Positions 59,194-64,000 of a stretch of 64,000 nucleotides of DNA are shown here, in pieces (position 1 is the stretch's first letter; every line of letters begins with the position of its first letter). A model generated the notes under the pieces. It was not told the origin of the DNA. It searched no databases and saw only the letters and a program-made list of their open reading frames with translations. Origin of the DNA: a bacterium (lineage in GTDB: Bacteria; SAR324; XYD2-FULL-50-16; G965216635); NCBI GenBank assembly GCA_965216635.1, contig OZ244188.1, positions 704,001 through 768,000 on the forward strand. Direction: 5' to 3'. The position numbers and the translations under genes are program-made.

Positions 59194-60369
59194 TTAGGAA
59201 TGTTTAATATAAGTTTCCAAGTCCTTATCTCCTCTACCTGAAAGAATCAGCACTGTGATTTCCTCTTTTTTAAAATTAATTTTCTCTAAAATAGCTAGTG
59301 CATGAGCCGATTCTAATGCAGGAATAATTCCTTCTAAACGACTTAGAAAATAGCCAGCCTTTAAAGCTTCTTCATCTGTAGCACTGTAAAATTTAGCTCT
59401 TTTGCTTTGAAAAAGATAGGAATGAAGGGGACCTATACCAGGATAATCCAAACCAGCAGAAATACTATAAGGCTCTGTAATCTGCCCATCTTCAGTTTGC
59501 ATTAAAATTGTTTTGCTACCGTGCAAAATGCCTTCTTTTCCCAAAGCAGTAGTAGCAGCAGATTTACCACTTTTTAAACCCAATCCTTCTGCTTCTACTG
59601 CTATCAAATTTACTTCTTCGTCCGTGTAATGATAAAAAGCACCCGCAGCATTGCTACCTCCTCCAACGCAAGCAATAATATTATCAGGTTTTTCGTTTTT
59701 TTCTTTTAATTGCCACTTTATTTCTTCACTAATTACAGATTGAAAACGAGAAACCATATCCGGATAAGGATGAGGACCCACCACAGAGCCAATAATATAG
59801 TGCGTATTTTGAGGATTATTGATCCAATCGCGAATTGCTTCATTGGTGGCATCTTTTAAAGTACGACTCCCCGATAAGGCTGGACGAATTTCTGCTCCTA
59901 AAATTTTCATTCGCTCTACATTCGGTTTTTGTCTTTGCATATCCACCTCCCCCATATAGACAATGCACTCCAGATCTCGCAAAGCACACACCGTTGCTGT
60001 CGCTACTCCGTGCTGTCCCGCTCCTGTTTCAGCAATAATTCTTTTTTTACCCATTTTTTCTGCTAACAACACTTGACCTATACAGTTATTGAGTTTATGA
60101 GCCCCTGTGTGCATTAAATCTTCTCTTTTGAGATAAATTTTACTTCCGTAATGTGAAGAAAAATTTTTTGCGTAAAAAAGAGGAGTAGGTCTACCAGCAT
60201 AGTTTTTCAATAAATCCTGAAACTCTGCTTGAAATTCTGTTGAAGTTATAATTTTAAGGTAATTATTTTGTAGCTCTTCTACATTGGAATGTAACATCTC
60301 TGGAATATAAGCACCGCCAAATTCTCCATAATACCCTGTCTGACTAACTTGAAATTTTGAATTTTGCAT
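59194..60369 (-). CDS. trpB: Tryptophan synthase beta chain
   Basis: [64 protein letters not shown]. Confidence 0.99.
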   Translation of the reverse strand: MQNSKFQVSQTGYYGEFGGAYIPEMLHSNVEELQNNYLKIITSTEFQAEFQDLLKNYAGRPTPLFYAKNFSSHYGSKIYLKREDLMHTGAHKLNNCIGQVLLAEKMGKKRIIAETGAGQHGVATATVCALRDLECIVYMGEVDMQRQKPNVERMKILGAEIRPALSGSRTLKDATNEAIRDWINNPQNTHYIIGSVVGPHPYPDMVSRFQSVISEEIKWQLKEKNEKPDNIIACVGGGSNAAGAFYHYTDEEVNLIAVEAEGLGLKSGKSAATTALGKEGILHGSKTILMQTEDGQITEPYSISAGLDYPGIGPLHSYLFQSKRAKFYSATDEEALKAGYFLSRLEGIIPALESAHALAILEKINFKKEEITVLILSGRGDKDLETYIKHS

Positions 60370-60378
60370 ATTTTTAAT

Positions 60379-60765
60379 GAGACCTTTGAATTAGTGTTAT
60401 GCTTACCCCACTATTGGGGCTAGCCAAATGGTTAGAAAAGTGCAAAAAAAATTTTTAGCTCGCTGGAATATAGTAGTGCCTGGGAGCAGAGCTACAAAAT
60501 TCGCATAATTCCCAAAAAGAAACGTAAAAGTGCCAACTTTTTTGGTGTAGATTTATTATTGTCTACCAGCAAGAGTGCCACTGGCACTCTTGCACAAAAA
60601 GCTTATTATATTTCAATTTTTCATACATTTGGTTGTTTTGAACTTTTACTATAGCACTTATGAAATAGATAGCAAAAGAAAAGTATTTCAAGAGTTAAAA
60701 ATTTTTTTCAACACTGCATAGGCTAAACAGCTGGTTTTGTCCTATTTGGCAAATTCAAAAGTCTA
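60379..60765 (-). mobile_element. Modular MITE-like element, longest copy, with an extra nested module
   Basis: GAGACCTTTGAATTAG...GCAAATTCAAAAGTCTA; hairpin GCAAGAGTGCC/GGCACTCTTGC nested between GTAAAAGT and ACTTTTAC arms. Confidence 0.88.
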
Positions 60766-60906
60766 TACTATAGTGCACAGTCAAAAAGTAAGATAACTGG
60801 CGAAAAATATGCCTAATTTTTGCCTAGAATGTCCTTTGCAGCTTATTGTTATTAAATTTTTGAGATAATTTTTTTAAAAAAAGGTATAAAGCAGAATTTA
60901 TAAAAC

Positions 60907-60936
60907 TTGACTTTATTGTGAATATTTTAGTATCTT
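60907..60936 (+). promoter_or_regulatory. Putative sigma70 promoter of surface-protein paralog C
   Basis: TTGACT-18 nt-TATCTT, 50 nt upstream of ATG 60987. Confidence 0.4.
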
Positions 60937-60986
60937 GAACTACAGAGTTTTTTTTTAACTCTAATTAACCATAAATAAATATTATA

Positions 60987-62282
60987 ATGAAAAATTTAAA
61001 AAGAGCTTTCAAAGGGAGCATAAGGCAAATGCCTCTTAAAAATTATAAGGCAAAAGTAGCTCACGCTGGTTTTCAGGGGGCGAGTTTTCGTGGGGCGTTC
61101 CAATGGACAGTCCTGCTAGGTGTGATTCTGTTTGCTTCCCTATTTGTAGGGAAGGGGATGCTGCAAGCACAGGACAGACAGCAGGGTTGGTTTGTGGGGG
61201 TTAGTCCTTTTGTTTCGGGTTTTGAGATAACGACAGAAACTAGCAATATTAGGACAACAACAACAAAAGAGGAGGTATCTGCAAATATTGAGATCACAGC
61301 AGTGAGCAATAGCTATGCAGGTGCAACATTTGATACTTCACTAAGTGGTATTGCTTTTATTTCTAATACCGTTTCTTTGCAGACTTGGACAAGTACCCCA
61401 AATGGGCTCAGCGGAGCGTCACAGGATGAGGGAATTGAGGATGCTAAAACCATCTGTAAGTTAGGAAGTGAGGATGAATCTATAAATACAATCTACTCTT
61501 TAGATGTAACTCGTGGAAAATTAAGTACGTTTACTAATTCATACTTGACAAGCCTTGGTCTAGAAAGAAATAATTTATGTAAAGACATGTTTACTGAGCT
61601 AGGTTTTGGTAGTATCGGTGACATAGTAACAACTAGCACTAGAGATGTTGATGACGCTCCTACTATTTCTAGCCCCAATTTTTCACGGACTGATTCGCTA
61701 GGCGGCTACGGAATCCTGTTTGGTTACAACTTGGAAAAATGGGGAGTCTCTTTGCAGTACTACGCTTTAACAGAAGGAAACAACAGGCTCAACTCTGTAA
61801 TTGCGGTTGCGAATTATTTTCTGCCCTACGGGTTTTCTGTAGGCGCTGGTTTGGCTAATTTGGCTTTGGATACTGACTTAGGTTCAACGTCCAAAACAGC
61901 TCCAGCGGTACAGTTTGGTTACGCCTACTCCATAACCAAAAACCTTTTCCTAGAAGCAGGTGCTCTTTGGACTGGAAGCTCTCTTTCAGTAGAAAAAAAT
62001 GTTGTAGTCTCAACAACAACACCAACCTACAAAATAGTATATGATGAAGCTACGAATACTGATACAAAGAGAGAAAATTCTTTGGTTCTTGGATTAAACC
62101 CAAATAACAGGCTTGATGCTAATGGTTCCCCAGATAATAGGATAGAGGTTACCCGAACCCAAACAAAAACGGAAACCAGAAGAGGCAATGTGCGAAGCAC
62201 AACCACCAATACAGAGCATCGTGCAATCAAGGTGAAATCCACGAATGCTATTTATATCCGCTTCGTGCTTCGCTTTTTTTAA
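60987..62282 (+). CDS. Putative beta-barrel surface protein (paralog C; same barrel blocks, different loops)
   Basis: QQGWFVGVSPFV, GYGILFGYNLEK, YFLPYGFSVGAGLA, TAPAVQFGY..SITKNL, TEHRAIKVK, C-terminal IRFVLRFF. Confidence 0.75.
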   Translation: MKNLKRAFKGSIRQMPLKNYKAKVAHAGFQGASFRGAFQWTVLLGVILFASLFVGKGMLQAQDRQQGWFVGVSPFVSGFEITTETSNIRTTTTKEEVSANIEITAVSNSYAGATFDTSLSGIAFISNTVSLQTWTSTPNGLSGASQDEGIEDAKTICKLGSEDESINTIYSLDVTRGKLSTFTNSYLTSLGLERNNLCKDMFTELGFGSIGDIVTTSTRDVDDAPTISSPNFSRTDSLGGYGILFGYNLEKWGVSLQYYALTEGNNRLNSVIAVANYFLPYGFSVGAGLANLALDTDLGSTSKTAPAVQFGYAYSITKNLFLEAGALWTGSSLSVEKNVVVSTTTPTYKIVYDEATNTDTKRENSLVLGLNPNNRLDANGSPDNRIEVTRTQTKTETRRGNVRSTTTNTEHRAIKVKSTNAIYIRFVLRFF

Positions 62283-62306
62283 AAATCTGTAGAGAAAAGC
62301 CCTGAG

Positions 62307-62362
62307 TAGAGACCAGAGAGTAGAGACTAGAGATTAGAGACTAGAGACTAGAGAGTCTCTAC
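62307..62362. repeat. 7-bp tandem repeat x7 (TAGAGAC) closed by inverted GTCTCTAC
   Basis: Read directly downstream of paralog C. Confidence 0.85.
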
Positions 62363-62399
62363 TTTTGCTATTTGCTATTTTTAGACCTTTGAACTATAA

Positions 62400-62568
62400 T
62401 AGACCTTTGAATTAGCGTTCTGTTTAGCCTATGCAGCGTTAAAAAAAAATTTTAACTCTTGAAATACTTCAGTATTCCAGCGAGCTAAAATTTTTTTTTG
62501 CACCTGTTCTAACTATTTGGCTAGCCGTCACAGCTGGTTTTGTCCTATTTGGCAAATTCAAAGGTCTA
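62400..62568 (+). mobile_element. Modular MITE-like element, simple core copy (preceded by an extra partial TIR at 62382)
   Basis: TAGACCTTTGAATTAGC...GCAAATTCAAAGGTCTA. Confidence 0.88.
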
Positions 62569-62574
62569 TATAAG

Positions 62575-62910
62575 TTATTTATTTTGTGGAAATAGAGACT
62601 TACCTACAGTCAGCCAAAATCCAAATATAGCAAGTGAAACAGAGCCTAATAATACAGAAAATTGCCAATCACTCAATTTACTACCAAAATGGCATATAGG
62701 TAGTACAAATTGTAAAACTGTCACTATACATAAGAAAACCACCCAATACTTAGTTACTTGAAAGGCTTTCAAGGCATAATGATCCTTCAAAACAATGTTT
62801 TGAAATCTTTCTATTATATGAATCAGTTCATCTGTCGGTTCTGATGTAACAATCATTGTTTCAACTTTTTTTTCTAGTGTGTTTGTGATGTTTTTGAATT
62901 TAATGTTCAT
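62575..62910 (-). CDS. Small 2-TM protein downstream of the second Panacea gene; candidate toxin
   Basis: Hydrophilic N-half, two TM helices, basic tail; 11-nt overlap with the Panacea ORF. Confidence 0.6.
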   Translation of the reverse strand: MNIKFKNITNTLEKKVETMIVTSEPTDELIHIIERFQNIVLKDHYALKAFQVTKYWVVFLCIVTVLQFVLPICHFGSKLSDWQFSVLLGSVSLAIFGFWLTVGKSLFPQNK

Positions 62911-63373
62911 ACTTATCTAGGAAAACTTTATAATATTCTTTAATAAATTTTTTATCTATAATTTTATTTCTCGTTCCATTGTAATAAAGAGACCAAGGCG
63001 TACCTATTTGATGTGTTAATTTTATTAAAGCAACTCCATTGACACCATTATACACTCTCCAAACCGCACTTAACAATTCACTGATTTCTGAGTTTTTCTC
63101 TTTTATTTTCTCTTCTGTAGCATCTTTATCTTGAATACGTCCATCTTTAATTTTTTTGTCTTTAAATCTATGATAAATTTCAGGTATTACAGGACCATAT
63201 TCCCACGCCTGTACTTCTTCCTTAAATAAATCAAAGCTTTCTATACCTAGACAAAACCCTAAAGCAAGATAAACTAATTTATTTAGTTTTAAATTATCTA
63301 CATCTCTATTATTAGGTTGCCTGATAAAAAAATTTGCAACCGCTAAAGAATTTTGTTGTTTTAGTTTATTCAT
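62900..63373 (-). CDS. Panacea (DUF4065/SocA-like) domain antitoxin
   Basis: AVANFFI, LKLNKLVY, QAWEYGPVIPEIY..FK, LIKLTH..GTPW. Confidence 0.92.
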   Translation of the reverse strand: MNKLKQQNSLAVANFFIRQPNNRDVDNLKLNKLVYLALGFCLGIESFDLFKEEVQAWEYGPVIPEIYHRFKDKKIKDGRIQDKDATEEKIKEKNSEISELLSAVWRVYNGVNGVALIKLTHQIGTPWSLYYNGTRNKIIDKKFIKEYYKVFLDKYEH

Positions 63374-63433
63374 TGTTTTTTTAAAGTTTATGAGTTGTTT
63401 ATAGGTTACCCTTTTTCCTATAAATTACTTATA

Positions 63434-63708
63434 TAGACTTTTGAATTTGCGTTCTGTTTAGCCTATGCAGCGAGCTAAAAATTTTTAACTTTTGAAATAC
63501 TCTCTTATTGCATAAGATAAAGTAAAGGATATAGTAAAAGAGCCACTGGCTCTTTTACATTTCTTTTTGGGATTATGCAAGTTTTGTAGTGCCTGGTCAC
63601 ATTATTGTGGCACTACGATATTCCAGTGAGCTAAAAAAAAATTGCACTTTTCTAACCATTTGGCTAGCCCCAATAGTGGGGTAAGCATAACGCAAATTCA
63701 AAGGTCTA
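63434..63708 (+). mobile_element. Modular MITE-like element copy
   Basis: TAGACTTTTGAATTTGCGTT...AACGCAAATTCAAAGGTCTA, TA at both ends. Confidence 0.88.
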
Positions 63709-63889
63709 TTATATCATCTCATTGTTGGTGTTTAATATTGATTTACTAAAAATACAATAAAAATAATATTATTACAACTAATAATTTTTTTAATGATACT
63801 TATTTTATATCTGAGAATATATAATTCGCTAAACTTTAAAATTAAAGTAAAAAAATAAAAAATATTTTTCTCCGAATAAATATCTTGAC

Positions 63890-63998
63890 TAGACCTTTGA
63901 ATTTGTGTTATGTGACGGCTAGGCAAGTCTAAAAAAATTTTTAGCTCGCTGTATAGGCTAAACAGCTGGTTTTGTCCTATTTGGCAAATTCAAAAATC
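63890..63998 (-). mobile_element. Modular MITE-like element, shortest copy
   Basis: TAGACCTTTGAATTTG...GGCAAATTCAAAAATC; core AAAATTTTTAGCTCGCTGTATAGGCTAAACAG. Confidence 0.8.
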
Positions 63999-64000
63999 GT

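Noticed and set aside
5752..63998. Dispersed repeats as a CRISPR array or integron attC sites
   Set aside because: No regular repeat-spacer periodicity, no cas or intI gene, both orientations occur, and they flank housekeeping genes.

Overview
AT-rich diderm bacterial chromosome segment (standard genetic code). Housekeeping backbone: 3' part of rpoC, ahcY, lspA, aas, cobB, yggT, cca, gmhB, prfB (programmed +1 frameshift), tatB, class I nrdA, tsaB, surA-like, secG, trpBA and tRNA-Pro/Gly/Cys, plus ABC transport loci. Superimposed on it: (1) about 13 copies (c. 110-390 bp) and several fragments of one non-coding TIR-bounded element family (ends (T/G)AGACYTTTGAATT...AATTCAAARGTCT(A/C)), built combinatorially from interchangeable end modules and nested hairpin modules that show compensatory base changes, with no transposase in the window; (2) three paralogous beta-barrel-like surface proteins with conserved barrel strands and large variable Thr-rich/Cys-pair insertions, two of them from a recent 1.6 kb tandem duplication whose breakpoint lies in a REP doublet; (3) a partly decayed defence island (37.5-46.3 kb) behind nrdA whose first 2.1 kb is bracketed by a direct repeat of the nrdA 3' end plus terminator; (4) two unrelated Panacea (DUF4065) + 2-TM gene pairs, one bracketed by two repeat elements; (5) recurrent short tandem duplications on gene termini. 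All calls were made by eye from motifs; no searches or computations were run.
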